Notes: generated from the letters alone by a model not told the origin. DNA of 54,809 nt from an uncultured Oscillospiraceae bacterium (GCA_964401615.1 CAYNZF010000001.1:1-54809), one strand, 5' to 3'; counted from the stretch's first letter, positions 18,402-29,446 are shown. A program made the numbers and translations.

Positions 18402-18500
18402 AGTATCCTCCTCATTTTTAACTCATAGCCGGTGAATTATCCCAGCCTTTTTGCTTTATTTTGGCACAAGCGGCTAGCTCAAGTAAGTACTTACAAAGCT

Positions 18501-19973
18501 TTATCCCCAGATTTTCTTAAATCTGGCGTAGGCCTCATCCCATGCCGTGGTCTCTTTCGGTTCGTAGAATTGCGTGGCAAAAGAATGACTGATGACTTCT
18601 CTGGCGTGGGTCAAATCTCTGATGTGACCGGTCGCGATGAGCTGAACCGCGCAGTTTCCCATCGCCGTGGCTTCAATGGGCCCGGCTACAAGCTGAGCAT
18701 TACAGGCGTTGGCCGTAAATTGTGAGAGCAAACCGTCTTTGGTCCCACCCCCCACCACATGCATCGTGTTGAAAGGGTGACCCACGACCTCTTCGATTTT
18801 TTCTTTGGTGCTGCGGTACTTCAAGGCTAAACTTTCATAAATGCAGCGCACGATGGCTCCGACATCTTGCGGGACCACCTGGCCGCTTTCCTGACAGCGT
18901 TGCTTGATTCGCCCCGGCATGTCTCCGGGTGGGGCGAAAATCAAATCATCCGGATCAATAAAGCTGACAAAAGCAGGTTTGGACAGGGCTTCTCTTTCCA
19001 TGTCCGCGTAACTCAGATTCATACCTTCTCTGATCCATTGTCTTCTGACTTCCTGAATCAACCAAAGGCCCATGATGTTCTTGAGGTAGCGAATTTTCCC
19101 CCCGTATCCGCCCTCATTCGTGAAGTTTAGACCGGCAGTCTGCTCATCGATCAAAGGGTGATCACTCTCGATTCCCATGAGTGACCAGGTTCCTGAACTG
19201 ATGTAGATGAAGTCTTTTTCTTTGGCCGGTACAGAAACCACGGCAGAAGCCGTGTCGTGCGAAGCGACACTGATGACCGGAACAGGCTTTAAACCAAGTT
19301 CTTTACAAAGGGCCTCCGAAAGATGCGCCAGCGGAGTACCGGAAGCCACAACTTCGGGGAATAGATCAGGTTTTATGCCGATGCGCTCGAAAAGTTCTTT
19401 GTCCCACTGTTTGGTCCAGGGATTAAGCAGGGCCGTGGTGGATGCGATGGAATATTCGCTTTGTTTTTTTTCAGTTAAAAAATAAGCCATCAAATCGGGG
19501 GTCAGTAAAGCACAATCCGCACGTTCGAGAATCTCAGGGCGCTGTTGCTGCAGAGCGTAAAGTTGGTAGATCGTGTTGAAATACATGAACTGAATGCCGG
19601 TACGCCCATAGAGTTCGTCATCCGGAACGATTTTCGCCACATCTGCGACCGCGGTCTTTGTACGAGCATCACGATAATGGACCGCATTCTCCAGTAAAAA
19701 GCCTTTCTCATCGAGTAAGCCGAAGTCAACGCCCCAGGTGTCAATACCCACGGATGAGAATGAAGTCGTATTTTTTGCTTTGATCAAACCCTGCTTAATT
19801 TCGAACAATTGGCGCAAAGTATCCCAATACATGGTGCCGTTAACGATCACCGGATCATTTGAAAAGCGATGTACTTCCTCTAAAACGATTCGTTCCCCGT
19901 CAAAACTACCCAACATCGCCCGGCCGCTGGATGCGCCGAAATCAAATGCCAATACTTTTACTTGCTTGTCCAT
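18501..19973 (-). CDS. FGGY-family sugar kinase, rhamnulokinase (RhaB)-like
   Basis: The N-terminal FDFGASSGR motif is typical of RhaB-type kinases. GGGGAGAG RBS before ATG 19973. The ORF-track start 20003 lacks an RBS. Confidence 0.8.
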   Translation of the reverse strand: MDKQVKVLAFDFGASSGRAMLGSFDGERIVLEEVHRFSNDPVIVNGTMYWDTLRQLFEIKQGLIKAKNTTSFSSVGIDTWGVDFGLLDEKGFLLENAVHYRDARTKTAVADVAKIVPDDELYGRTGIQFMYFNTIYQLYALQQQRPEILERADCALLTPDLMAYFLTEKKQSEYSIASTTALLNPWTKQWDKELFERIGIKPDLFPEVVASGTPLAHLSEALCKELGLKPVPVISVASHDTASAVVSVPAKEKDFIYISSGTWSLMGIESDHPLIDEQTAGLNFTNEGGYGGKIRYLKNIMGLWLIQEVRRQWIREGMNLSYADMEREALSKPAFVSFIDPDDLIFAPPGDMPGRIKQRCQESGQVVPQDVGAIVRCIYESLALKYRSTKEKIEEVVGHPFNTMHVVGGGTKDGLLSQFTANACNAQLVAGPIEATAMGNCAVQLIATGHIRDLTHAREVISHSFATQFYEPKETTAWDEAYARFKKIWG

Positions 19974-20015
19974 AATTCTCTCCCCTATTCGTTTGTGCAG
20001 CAAAGGCGTTATTTT

Positions 20016-21338
20016 CTAACGTTCGAAAGCTAATTTTTTAAAATACGCAGTGCGCTCCTGCAGCGAAGGATAGGCCGCAATCGTTTCGCCTGAAAACATC
20101 CCTTTAGAAAGATCTTCTGCCGCTGCCCGTTCATGCCCGATAAGTGCCCAGGCCGCATCCGTCAGGTGCGCGAACATCGGCTCACGCATGGCCTCGCAAA
20201 TAAACTTCTGACGAGGCTGATTGATGTCCTCACCACTGATTTGGAAAAAACCGAATTTGTCACAAAGACCTATCAACCGCTGCATCTGCTCCTTGTTGTT
20301 TCGTGAAGGCATGTAAGTGATCGCTTTAATGCCCATCTCTTTCAGAAGCTGCATGAGTTCATCGAGGTAAGCATCCTCGAAAGCCTGGGCTGCTTTATCA
20401 CCGGTCACTGAAGCGGTTACATCTCCAAGATACGGATAGGCGGCAATGATGCCATGTTGATCGGCAAAATCAAGCGCTTCCCTGAGCGGCGGACATTCAT
20501 CTGTCGCGTCGATATAAAACGCAGAGACATAGTAACCCTTGAACAGTCCCAATAAGTCGTAATCATAGTAGGGGTTTTCGGGATCATCGAGCTGTGCTTT
20601 GGTTTTTTGATTGACCGGAAGTCCAAGTTGAACACGCACAAATTCCGTAAGTGCCGGACCTTTGCCTTTAAATGCAATCAACTTCTCAGAAAGAGCGTGT
20701 AATAAATGCCTTTCGGTGATTTCTCCACCGATTTCATAAAGTGATTTTTGTACCACATCGCGTTCAAAATCGATATGCAGTTCCGGAACCGATACGAGAG
20801 CGTTCAAACGCTCGATCATCAGGTGATTACGCTCCAGTCGGGCCTTTCTTATGGGTGCCAAAAAAGCAGTGGTCGCCTCCAGAGCGCTGTCCGGAATGCC
20901 ATGAAAGGCGAGATAAGCCACCCCGTCTTGATCAGGATTATTGATTCGACGCTGCTCAAGAAAGCTTCCTTTCAGTGAAACTCTGACTTCTGCCCCTTGT
21001 GTCGTGGGAATACCCAAAATTCGACCTGCTTCTGAAAACTCCCGCGCACCGCTGACACTGTCGTGGTCCATGATTCCACAAGTCGCCAGGCCTGCTTCCA
21101 TGGATTTGAAAACTGCGGCGGTCGGAGTGTAGGGTGAAAAAGAATACTTCGTATGAATGTGGTTATTGACGTCGTCAAGGGCTTGAGGGAAAAATGACGC
21201 GTCCTTGTCTTTTTCCGTACGAATGGTTTTGAGCGCATCAAGACGCACATTCACGTCGGTATCGTAGAGCTGCTGGATAAGATCTGTTACATTCGCGTCG
21301 TACATGTCCAAAGGTCTCGCTTTCATGGCTTTTGCCAA
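20016..21338 (-). CDS. PHP-domain metal-dependent phosphoesterase/hydrolase
   Basis: 440 aa. HIHTKYSFS (the HxH start of the PHP fold) with downstream His/Asp ligand positions. Confidence 0.7.
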   Translation of the reverse strand: MAKAMKARPLDMYDANVTDLIQQLYDTDVNVRLDALKTIRTEKDKDASFFPQALDDVNNHIHTKYSFSPYTPTAAVFKSMEAGLATCGIMDHDSVSGAREFSEAGRILGIPTTQGAEVRVSLKGSFLEQRRINNPDQDGVAYLAFHGIPDSALEATTAFLAPIRKARLERNHLMIERLNALVSVPELHIDFERDVVQKSLYEIGGEITERHLLHALSEKLIAFKGKGPALTEFVRVQLGLPVNQKTKAQLDDPENPYYDYDLLGLFKGYYVSAFYIDATDECPPLREALDFADQHGIIAAYPYLGDVTASVTGDKAAQAFEDAYLDELMQLLKEMGIKAITYMPSRNNKEQMQRLIGLCDKFGFFQISGEDINQPRQKFICEAMREPMFAHLTDAAWALIGHERAAAEDLSKGMFSGETIAAYPSLQERTAYFKKLAFER

Positions 21339-21447
21339 TAAATATTTTGCAATGATGATTATTGCTTAGATGCGGATGAGCCCGAACAAAGGAGAGCAGA
21401 AGATTTCTCCCCTGCCCTCGAATTTCACGTTCAGTCAGCTCTCAATT

Positions 21448-23922
21448 TTAGACTCCAAACTTGCTGCGGCGGAGCATTTCAACGTCCGTGTAGTTTTGTT
21501 CGGGAGTATAGCCCTCAATTGGGGCAATACGCTGATGGTAAGCATCCATGAACCAGCTCGGCTGAGGGAAGAAGCTGTCTTCAAGCTCAAATGCGGGAGT
21601 GATCCAGTTACGGGAGCCCACGACAACCACCGGTGCATCCAGATAATCAAAGGCCAGGTCGCCAATGTTACGCGCCATGTCGTTGAGGTAGGATCCTCTT
21701 TCACTGGCATCACCGCTGACGATGCATTTTCCTGTCTTCTTGACCGATTCGATGACCATGTCATAGTTGAAAGGCACCATTGATCTGGCGTCGATGACCT
21801 CGGCACTGATGCCGTACTTGGCTTCCATTTCTTTGGCCGCGTCGAGCGCTCTGTAGAGCGTAGCGCCGATGGTGAGGATGGTGACATCCGTACCTGAACG
21901 ACGCAGAGCCGGCTCACCGAAAGGAATCTCGTAAGCTTCAGCAGGAACGCCTTCTTTGACGAATTGTTCGCTGACGTCATAGAGACGTTGGCTTTCAAAG
22001 AAAATGACCGGATCGGTGCCATTGAGCGCGGTCGCCATGAGGCCTTTGGCGTCGTAAGGGGTAACGGGGAAACAGACTTTAATGCCCGGGATGTGGGCTG
22101 CCAGAGAGGTCCAGTCCTGTGAATGCTGGGCACCATACTTGGAACCGACGGAGACACGGACAACGACCGGCATTTTCAGAATCCCGCCTGACATCGCCTG
22201 CCATTTAGGCAGCTGGTTGAAAATTTCGTCACCGGCGCGTCCCAGAAAGTCGCAGTACATCAATTCCACCAGGGCACGGCCGCCGGCCATCGCGTATCCG
22301 ACCGCTGAACCGATAATAGCGCCTTCTGAAATGGGTGAGTTGAACAGACGATGATAAGGTACCGCTTCAGTCAGGCCACGATAAACGGCAAAAGCCCCGC
22401 CCCAGTCACGATTCTCTTCACCATATGCAATCAAAGTAGGATCTTCGTAGAATTTGTCGAGCACCGCTTCAAAAACACCGTCACGGAATTGATAGACCTT
22501 GTTCTTGGAGACGGCTTTACCATCCGCGTCAAATCCGTAGCGTGATTTTTTGCTCAGCTGCTGGACGCGTAGATTTTCCTCACGTGTCTGCAGCATGTCG
22601 GGTTTCGCGTCACTGAGGGCAACTTTGTGTTCATTGGAGAACATCAAACGCTCGATGGCAGCCGGATCTGCTTTGAGGTCCATACGCGGTGAGGCGACAG
22701 GATCAGAAGCCAGTTTCATAGCGGCGGTGATTACGTCGACCACTTCTTTATCAATCGCGTCGATTTCAGCTTGTGTCGCGATTTTATTACTCACGATTTC
22801 CGAGGCAAAATTAGGAATGGGGTCGTTATCGCGCCATTCTTGAATTTCATCAGCGGAGCGATAGGAGTTGGCGTCTGAGGGAGAATGTCCGGAATAGCGG
22901 TAGGTCACGGTATCAAGTAATACGGGGCCTTCTTTCTTTCTCAGGATGTCCAGCTTGCGGCTGTAACATTCGATAACGGCCAAAGGATTGAAACCGTCGA
23001 TGCGCTCAGCGTGCATCTGTTGAGGATTGACACCTGCGCCGACACGGGCGGGAAATTCATAGCCCATGGTTTCACCGCGGGTCTGTCCACCCATGGCGTA
23101 TTGGTTGTTGTTGATGTTGAACATGACGGGGAGACCGCCGTTCATGTCGCCTTCCCAGAGCGTGGTGTATTGGTCCATGGCGGCCATCATGAAGCCTTCC
23201 CAGACCGGACCGCAGCCCAGTGATCCGTCGCCGATATTGGCAATTACGATGCCGTCTTTGCGATTAACTTTTTTGTACAGAGCCGCGCCGACGGAAATAT
23301 CCGCGGAACCGCCCACGATCGCGTTGTTGGGAAAGACGCCGAAAGGCAGGAAGTAGGAGTGCATCGAGCCGCCCAAGCCTTTGTTAAAGCCGGTTTCTTT
23401 GGCAAATATTTCGGCCAGTGTGCCGTAAATGATATATGAAATGGCCATCTTCTTCGTGGTCTCACGATCTTTGGACATTTCTTTCATCGCCTTGTAGGTG
23501 ACACCATCCATGAAGCTTTCCATGATGTTCTGCAATTCAGCGTCATCCATTTTGTGAATGGCAGAAAAGCACTTAGCGAGCAGTTCGCCGTGACTTCTGT
23601 GTGAACCGAAAATAAAATCGTCCTTTGTCAAGTGATAGGCTTGTCCGACAGCTGCGGCTTCCTGACCGATTGAAAGATGCGCAGGACCCGGATTGTTGTA
23701 TTCGATACCATTGTATGCGTTTGTGGTTTTTACAAAGTTGAGCATTTCTTCAAATTCGCGAATCATTCGCATATCGTGATAGATACGCAGGAAATCATCT
23801 TTGGTAAAGTTGGCCTTTTCGTCAGCGACAGATTTCTGGTACTGATTGACCGCGATATCGTTGAATTTGATAAAACTAGGTTTACGGACCTCTTCAGGGT
23901 TTACATATTGTGACTTGGGCAT
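21448..23922 (-). CDS. thiamine-diphosphate-dependent dehydrogenase E1 component, fused alpha-beta subunits
   Basis: 824 aa. The N-terminal half carries the TPP motif IGDGS...NNNQYAMG. The C-terminal half is a transketolase-like pyrimidine-binding plus C-terminal domain (E1 beta). Confidence 0.85.
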   Translation of the reverse strand: MPKSQYVNPEEVRKPSFIKFNDIAVNQYQKSVADEKANFTKDDFLRIYHDMRMIREFEEMLNFVKTTNAYNGIEYNNPGPAHLSIGQEAAAVGQAYHLTKDDFIFGSHRSHGELLAKCFSAIHKMDDAELQNIMESFMDGVTYKAMKEMSKDRETTKKMAISYIIYGTLAEIFAKETGFNKGLGGSMHSYFLPFGVFPNNAIVGGSADISVGAALYKKVNRKDGIVIANIGDGSLGCGPVWEGFMMAAMDQYTTLWEGDMNGGLPVMFNINNNQYAMGGQTRGETMGYEFPARVGAGVNPQQMHAERIDGFNPLAVIECYSRKLDILRKKEGPVLLDTVTYRYSGHSPSDANSYRSADEIQEWRDNDPIPNFASEIVSNKIATQAEIDAIDKEVVDVITAAMKLASDPVASPRMDLKADPAAIERLMFSNEHKVALSDAKPDMLQTREENLRVQQLSKKSRYGFDADGKAVSKNKVYQFRDGVFEAVLDKFYEDPTLIAYGEENRDWGGAFAVYRGLTEAVPYHRLFNSPISEGAIIGSAVGYAMAGGRALVELMYCDFLGRAGDEIFNQLPKWQAMSGGILKMPVVVRVSVGSKYGAQHSQDWTSLAAHIPGIKVCFPVTPYDAKGLMATALNGTDPVIFFESQRLYDVSEQFVKEGVPAEAYEIPFGEPALRRSGTDVTILTIGATLYRALDAAKEMEAKYGISAEVIDARSMVPFNYDMVIESVKKTGKCIVSGDASERGSYLNDMARNIGDLAFDYLDAPVVVVGSRNWITPAFELEDSFFPQPSWFMDAYHQRIAPIEGYTPEQNYTDVEMLRRSKFGV

Positions 23923-24013
23923 GTTTTTCCACCTTTCTTTTGCCTTGCGGCGTGCCGGAACTCTATTTGTTTATGTTTGTAGTCTTAACTTCTTTGGCAA
24001 AATCAAGCTTCTT

Positions 24014-25378
24014 TCAAAGCATGAAAATGGCTTCGCGGATAATTTCCGAGACGGTAGGATGCGGGAAAATGAGTTCTTTGATGTCGGAAATGCGCATTTG
24101 GGTTTCAATCAGGATCGCAGCGGACATGATGATTTCCGAAGCATACGAACCGAGCAAATGACAGCCGATGAGGCGGTCATTGTCTACATCGACAATCAAC
24201 TTGCAGATGCCGTCTCCTTTGTCGGTTTCGGCCAGGTAACGTCCCGAGTAGCTCATCGGTATCACAATTTTTTTATAATTGATCCCTTTGGCGATAGTCG
24301 ATTCTTCTGATTCACCCGCATAGGCCACCTCAGGGTTGGTGTAAATGACGGAAGCCATGGCGTTGTAGCGCACCACGTCCTTTTTTCCCAAAATCGTTGA
24401 GACCGCCACTTCCGCTTCACGGTATGCTGCGTGTGCGAGCATCCAGCGGCCGTTGACATCACCCACGGCGTAAACACCCGGGATATTGGTACGTCCATTG
24501 TCATCGGTAACGATGTGTCCACGCTCGGTGTAGATGTTTAAACTTTCAAGGCCCAAGTCGCGGGTTGAAGCGCGGCGGCCGATCGAAAGCAGAACATAGT
24601 CGGAAGCTGCGGACTTTTCGACGCCCTCTTCCTCGTATCTCACCTTATCTTTATCGACGCCGACCACTTTACAGTTGAGCTTGAACTCAATGCCTTTTTT
24701 GGCGTAATTCTTTTGTAAGAGTTTACCGATTTCCTGATCAACACTGCCTGCGATGTGGTCCAGCATCTCGATCACGGTCACCTGACTGCCGACTGTTTGA
24801 AAATAGGACGCCATTTCCAGACCTATGACCCCTCCGCCCACGATCACGAGCTTTTCAGGAATCACTTCAAGATCCAGGATTTCGCTATTGGTCAAAACGT
24901 AACCGGCCTGAACGCCCTCCTTGACACCGGGAATCGGCGGTACGATGGCCTCTGATCCTGCCGCGATGATCAGGTTTTTCCCCTCATAACTCTCACCGCC
25001 CGCATTGACCTTAAAGCCTCCTTCGCTGCCTTTACCTTCAATCTTGGCTTCTGCACTGACGACTGTGACATGGTTGGCCTTCATTTGGGCTTTGACACCG
25101 GCAACTAAGGTCTTTACGACTTTATTTTTTCTTTTAACGACGGCCTTTTGATCGATACTGGCACCGGTGGTGCTGACACCGTAGGCCCCACCATCCTTGG
25201 CATGTTCAAAAACCTTAGCTGAATTCAGGAAGGTTTTTGAAGGCACACAGCCCTCGTTGAGACAGACACCGCCTAAACTGCGTTTTTCGATCAGTAAAGT
25301 GTTCAGTCCGGCGTGGCCTGCGCGCTCAGCGGCGAGATACCCTCCCGGACCGCCGCCGATGACAATTAAATCATACAT
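24014..25378 (-). CDS. lpdA: dihydrolipoyl dehydrogenase (E3)
   Basis: FAD motif GGGPGG, redox disulfide GGVCLNEGCVPSK, and C-terminal HPT interface motif. Confidence 0.9.
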   Translation of the reverse strand: MYDLIVIGGGPGGYLAAERAGHAGLNTLLIEKRSLGGVCLNEGCVPSKTFLNSAKVFEHAKDGGAYGVSTTGASIDQKAVVKRKNKVVKTLVAGVKAQMKANHVTVVSAEAKIEGKGSEGGFKVNAGGESYEGKNLIIAAGSEAIVPPIPGVKEGVQAGYVLTNSEILDLEVIPEKLVIVGGGVIGLEMASYFQTVGSQVTVIEMLDHIAGSVDQEIGKLLQKNYAKKGIEFKLNCKVVGVDKDKVRYEEEGVEKSAASDYVLLSIGRRASTRDLGLESLNIYTERGHIVTDDNGRTNIPGVYAVGDVNGRWMLAHAAYREAEVAVSTILGKKDVVRYNAMASVIYTNPEVAYAGESEESTIAKGINYKKIVIPMSYSGRYLAETDKGDGICKLIVDVDNDRLIGCHLLGSYASEIIMSAAILIETQMRISDIKELIFPHPTVSEIIREAIFML

Positions 25379-25431
25379 ACTTTTTTATTCCTCTTTTCCT
25401 CTGAGCTTTCAGTGTCTGTGACTGCCTTCAA

Positions 25432-26844
25432 TCAATGTTCCATCATCAGCAAACTGAAGTTTTCCAGATTTTTTACCAGGGCTTGCAGGAAACGAGCAGC
25501 CGGAGCGCCGTCCACTGCACGATGATCGATCGTCAAAGACAATCCCATGACCTGATAAGACTGAAGTTGACCGTTCACTTCTTTCACGCGGGTTTGTAAA
25601 TTGTTTACCCCCAGAATACACGTTTCAGGCGGGTTGATGACAGGAGTAAACGATTCGATTCCCAAAGAGCCGAGATTGGTCACGGTAAAAGAAGAACCCT
25701 TGAGATCGTCAGGGCTGATGGTGCCGCCTTGAGCCGCTGCGGCAAGATTTTTCACGGCGGCTGATATTTCATTGATGGTGAGTTTGTTCGCATTGCGAAT
25801 CACAGGGACCATCAGACCGCGGGGCGTATCCACCGCGACACCCAGATTGACGTTTTTAAAATAGCGCATTTTGTCATCCAGGAAATGGGCATTGCAATCA
25901 GGGAATTGTAAAACCGTGCGCGTCACCGCATAAAGCACGATGTCATTGAACGTAGGTACTTTTTTCAAAATACTGAAGCCCAGTTTTTCATCCAGACCTG
26001 CATCGATTGCTTTTTTGATGCGAGCGCGGAAAGCCATCACGTCTGTAGCGTCAAAACTGGAATTGAGCGTGAGCTGTGCCATGCTGGAAATTGAATTGTG
26101 CATGGCTTTGGCAATGACTTTTCGGATATTGGGCAATTTGACGTCTTCAAATTCAGGACCTTCAATGGCAGCAGAAACGGCGACAGCAGGAATTTCCGCA
26201 GCGGGAGCATTCAAATCTTCCACTCTGACGCGGCCTCCCAGGCCTGTACCTTGTACACCGGCAGCAAAATCCATCCCGGCAGCCGCGGTGGCTACGTGTC
26301 CGGCCGCAATGGCAGCTTTGACGTCGCGTTCTATTATTCTTCCATTGGGGCCGCTCCCACTGGCAAAACGCAGGTCGGCATGCAATTTTTCTGCGGTGTT
26401 ACGTGCTCTGGGACTGATGGCCATGTTACGGGTGTCAACCGCCACGGCTGCTGATGCAACTGCTGCTGTTTCATGAACTTGTGCCATTACACGCTCAGCC
26501 GGGACAGCCGGTTCTGAGCTCGGTTCGACCACTGCTTCCACAGAGGCAGCCGCACCTGCACCATCCTGAGTCGCACCGTCGGGAATATAACTCTCCCAGG
26601 CTTCACCTGTTTCACCGATGACGCATACGTTCAACAAACAGGGCACGTCGTCCCCTTCAGCGAAGAAGACAGCGATGAGTTCACCATCAACCTTGGCCAC
26701 TTCATCAAAAGTTGCTTTATCTGTTTCGTAAGTGAAAAGATTGTCACCTGCCTTGATCGCGTCACCCTTTTTTTTGTGCCATTCTCCGATGATGCAGCTT
26801 TCGACGGATTGACCTTGACGCGGCATAATTACTGGTGTTGCCAT
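25432..26844 (-). CDS. dihydrolipoamide acyltransferase (E2)
   Basis: Lipoyl domain with ETDKA lysine, Ala/Pro linker, subunit-binding domain (ISPRARN), and catalytic DHRAVDG. Confidence 0.9.
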   Translation of the reverse strand: MATPVIMPRQGQSVESCIIGEWHKKKGDAIKAGDNLFTYETDKATFDEVAKVDGELIAVFFAEGDDVPCLLNVCVIGETGEAWESYIPDGATQDGAGAAASVEAVVEPSSEPAVPAERVMAQVHETAAVASAAVAVDTRNMAISPRARNTAEKLHADLRFASGSGPNGRIIERDVKAAIAAGHVATAAAGMDFAAGVQGTGLGGRVRVEDLNAPAAEIPAVAVSAAIEGPEFEDVKLPNIRKVIAKAMHNSISSMAQLTLNSSFDATDVMAFRARIKKAIDAGLDEKLGFSILKKVPTFNDIVLYAVTRTVLQFPDCNAHFLDDKMRYFKNVNLGVAVDTPRGLMVPVIRNANKLTINEISAAVKNLAAAAQGGTISPDDLKGSSFTVTNLGSLGIESFTPVINPPETCILGVNNLQTRVKEVNGQLQSYQVMGLSLTIDHRAVDGAPAARFLQALVKNLENFSLLMMEH

Positions 26845-26895
26845 AATTTTTCCCTTTCGTATTTGTTTAAAATTTTGTGTTCTTCGAAAATTTCT

Positions 26896-28068
26896 TTAAT
26901 TGAGCATGACTTGTCCGCCTGTGATTGGCACGGCTTGCCCGGTCTCGTTTTCTTGCTCTACCAGGTAAAATATGGCCCGCGCCACATCAAGCGGACTGCA
27001 GCCCTTGCGCATCGGCACTTGGTTGATATAGAAATTATATACATCTTCAACCGATTTGGCGCCTTCAACTTTGCCTGCTTCCAGGTATTGCTTGAAAAGA
27101 CCTTTTTCTGGGTCAGACCAGAGTGGACCTTCGTAAAAATTGCCCGGGCAGACCGAATTGACCTTGATACGATCGCTTACCAATTCTTTGGCAAAAGACT
27201 GCGTTAAGCCGATACCGCCGAACTTCCCGCCCGCATAGGCGAAGTTCCTGTTGGACCCTTCAAGCCCCGACTTTGAGTTGACCTGGATAATGTCACCGTA
27301 ACTGTCTGCAGAAATCTTGTTTTGAATCTTCATCGGTCTGGTCGCGTACTTCGTGCAGATAAAATAAGCGGTGTAATTGATTTTAGTGACAAATTCAAAG
27401 CTTTTTACATCCATTTCTTCAAGTCCGCCTGCACGCAGAACACCGGCATTGCTGACCAGAAGATCAAGACCTCCAAAATAAAGCACCGTGTCATTGACCA
27501 TGTCTTCAACAGAAGACTCGTCACTCACATTCACGCCACAGGCGATTGCCGTGCCAGATCCATACGTATCGTTCAAATCCGCGGCGACCGTTTCGGCTAA
27601 TGGCAGATTCAAATCAGCGATGACAAGGTGTGCCCCTTGTTTGGCAAGTTCTTTCGCGATCCCTTCACCAAAACCCTGGGCGCTGCCTGTCACGATGACT
27701 ATTTTGGCGAACATTCTCAAATGGCTCGGCAGCTCGCGTGCAGCATATGAAGCGTTTTGGGTGTCAAGGCCCAACTGTTCAAGTCTGCTCTTCATTGCCG
27801 GCATATCTTCTGCGACAACGAACGCACCCAGACCGGTTACGCTCAAAACATCAGTCCTGTCCAAAGCGGCGCAGTCTTTCCAGGTGGCGTTTTCGTCCAG
27901 TTTTGACATGATCAGCCCTGCTTCGAGGGTCTTTTCTTCCAATCCGCTCAGGTCTGCCACATACCGTACCAGAGGAAAGCGCCCATCACGTTTTTGTGAT
28001 GCGCGCAGGGCGGGTGCGAAACTGGCTGCTAAGCGGCGTTTTTCTGCTTCATTCTTGACTTGGTCCAT
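26896..28068 (-). CDS. SDR-family oxidoreductase with a ~130-aa N-terminal extension
   Basis: SDR core starts at VIVTGSAQGFG (TGxxxGxG) and contains YxxxK (YAGGK). The preceding ~130 residues lie outside the SDR fold. Confidence 0.8.
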   Translation of the reverse strand: MDQVKNEAEKRRLAASFAPALRASQKRDGRFPLVRYVADLSGLEEKTLEAGLIMSKLDENATWKDCAALDRTDVLSVTGLGAFVVAEDMPAMKSRLEQLGLDTQNASYAARELPSHLRMFAKIVIVTGSAQGFGEGIAKELAKQGAHLVIADLNLPLAETVAADLNDTYGSGTAIACGVNVSDESSVEDMVNDTVLYFGGLDLLVSNAGVLRAGGLEEMDVKSFEFVTKINYTAYFICTKYATRPMKIQNKISADSYGDIIQVNSKSGLEGSNRNFAYAGGKFGGIGLTQSFAKELVSDRIKVNSVCPGNFYEGPLWSDPEKGLFKQYLEAGKVEGAKSVEDVYNFYINQVPMRKGCSPLDVARAIFYLVEQENETGQAVPITGGQVMLN

Positions 28069-28171
28069 GCAAAGGCCTCCGTATTAATTTTGTTCACTGT
28101 AGTTTCACTTCGAAAAAATCTTAATTGGGAAAGAAAGCCGGATCCCCCTTGGAAACCGGCTTTGTGTTGAT

Positions 28172-29446
28172 TTATACGTTAAGGGCTGTAGCATGAGCCA
28201 AAAGATACTTTTCTGCTTCAGCGCACCAGAGGCCTTTATTGGCGGTAACCAGACGGTCAAGTTCAGCCATCATTGGATCTGTTTTTCCCAATTCGCCCAA
28301 ATCTTTGAGCGCAGTCAGAGGCATCGAAATATTTGTGTAAAGAAGTTTTTTACCACCGGGAATTGATGGCAGGTTCAGTGTGGTTTCGATCGCGGCATCC
28401 AGGCCGCCCACGTGGGTAATCATCGAGGCAGGATCCAGTGAGCCCTGACTCATCATTTCCAGGGATTCAATGATGTCATCCGTTGTACCACCACTGTTTC
28501 CGGCGACGTGTGTCGCATTGTAATGGACATTGTAAAAATTGTATTTCGCGCTGAAATCAGGGTTTGTCGGCCCGGCGAAAAAGTTCAGGCAGCCGTCATA
28601 AGCCAAAATTGCGTCGGCTTGCTCAACTACAGGAGCGACCGGTGCGTAAACATAAACGTCATTAAACCCGTTTCCATCCTTGGTGAAAGATTTCAACAAC
28701 GCAGGTACATCAGCCACATTGCCGGTGTTGACATATTTAAGTTCAACGCCATTTTTGGCCGCTTCTTCAACTGTGTATATTGAGGCTGCGCGATCCAAAC
28801 GTGCCTGGTCGATGTCTGTGACGACCAGCAAACGAGGCTTTCTGGGATTATGGATAGCGTAATCGATTGCACCGAGTCCCATTGGGCCGACACCTGCCAG
28901 AAGCGCCATGTCACCGCCTTCTACGATACCCATCTCGTGAACATAGGAACCCGGGCGGGTATGATAATTGACATGAAAGCCACCAACGATACAAGAAACC
29001 GGTTCAGCCAGAGAACCATAGAAAAACGCGTCACCCTCATAGTTCAAGAGGCAATTGCGTTCCATAACGATGGCCGGGATGATAACGTAGGTCGCGTTTC
29101 CGCCGATGTAGGGGAAGCTGTAACCGGGAGCTGCATAGATATTTTTGGGATCATTGATGGCCGGTTGAATGGCAAAACGGTCGCCCGCTTTGAACTGATC
29201 TGCCCACTTGGCACCAACTTCAACGATCTCACCGCAGAATTCGTGTCCGACGATAACCGGGTTGGTCGCGATATCATCAGGTACACGTTTATGGTCAGAG
29301 CCTTGTTTGGCTGCCTTGTACGAACTCATGCAAATGCTGTCTGACACGATGTGTGCCAAAATTTCGTCTTCTTTAATTGGGGGTAAGTCAAAAGTCTCAA
29401 GTCGTAAGTCTTCTTTTCCATACATGCGAACGGCTGTGGTTTTCAT
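28172..29446 (-). CDS. zinc-dependent MDR alcohol/polyol(-phosphate) dehydrogenase, long form (ketose-1-phosphate-reductase-like)
   Basis: GHEFCGEIVEVG zinc motif and GVGPMGLG Rossmann motif. At 424 aa it is longer than classical ~350-aa MDRs. The N-terminus resembles proteins I recall annotated as L-sorbose-1-phosphate reductase. Confidence 0.75.
   Translation of the reverse strand: MKTTAVRMYGKEDLRLETFDLPPIKEDEILAHIVSDSICMSSYKAAKQGSDHKRVPDDIATNPVIVGHEFCGEIVEVGAKWADQFKAGDRFAIQPAINDPKNIYAAPGYSFPYIGGNATYVIIPAIVMERNCLLNYEGDAFFYGSLAEPVSCIVGGFHVNYHTRPGSYVHEMGIVEGGDMALLAGVGPMGLGAIDYAIHNPRKPRLLVVTDIDQARLDRAASIYTVEEAAKNGVELKYVNTGNVADVPALLKSFTKDGNGFNDVYVYAPVAPVVEQADAILAYDGCLNFFAGPTNPDFSAKYNFYNVHYNATHVAGNSGGTTDDIIESLEMMSQGSLDPASMITHVGGLDAAIETTLNLPSIPGGKKLLYTNISMPLTALKDLGELGKTDPMMAELDRLVTANKGLWCAEAEKYLLAHATALNV

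Noticed and set aside
17739-18428. 229-aa plus-strand ORF antisense to the nucleotidyltransferase gene
   Set aside because: It is a shadow ORF. The opposite strand carries clear family motifs and an RBS.
21435-22163. 242-aa minus-strand ORF in an alternative frame inside the E1 gene
   Set aside because: It is fully nested in a well-supported CDS, and its product is Ser/Pro/Arg-rich and low-complexity.
25940-28087. Plus-strand ORFs of 178, 118, 143, 92 and 199 aa opposite the E2 and SDR genes
   Set aside because: They are shadow ORFs opposite motif-bearing CDS.
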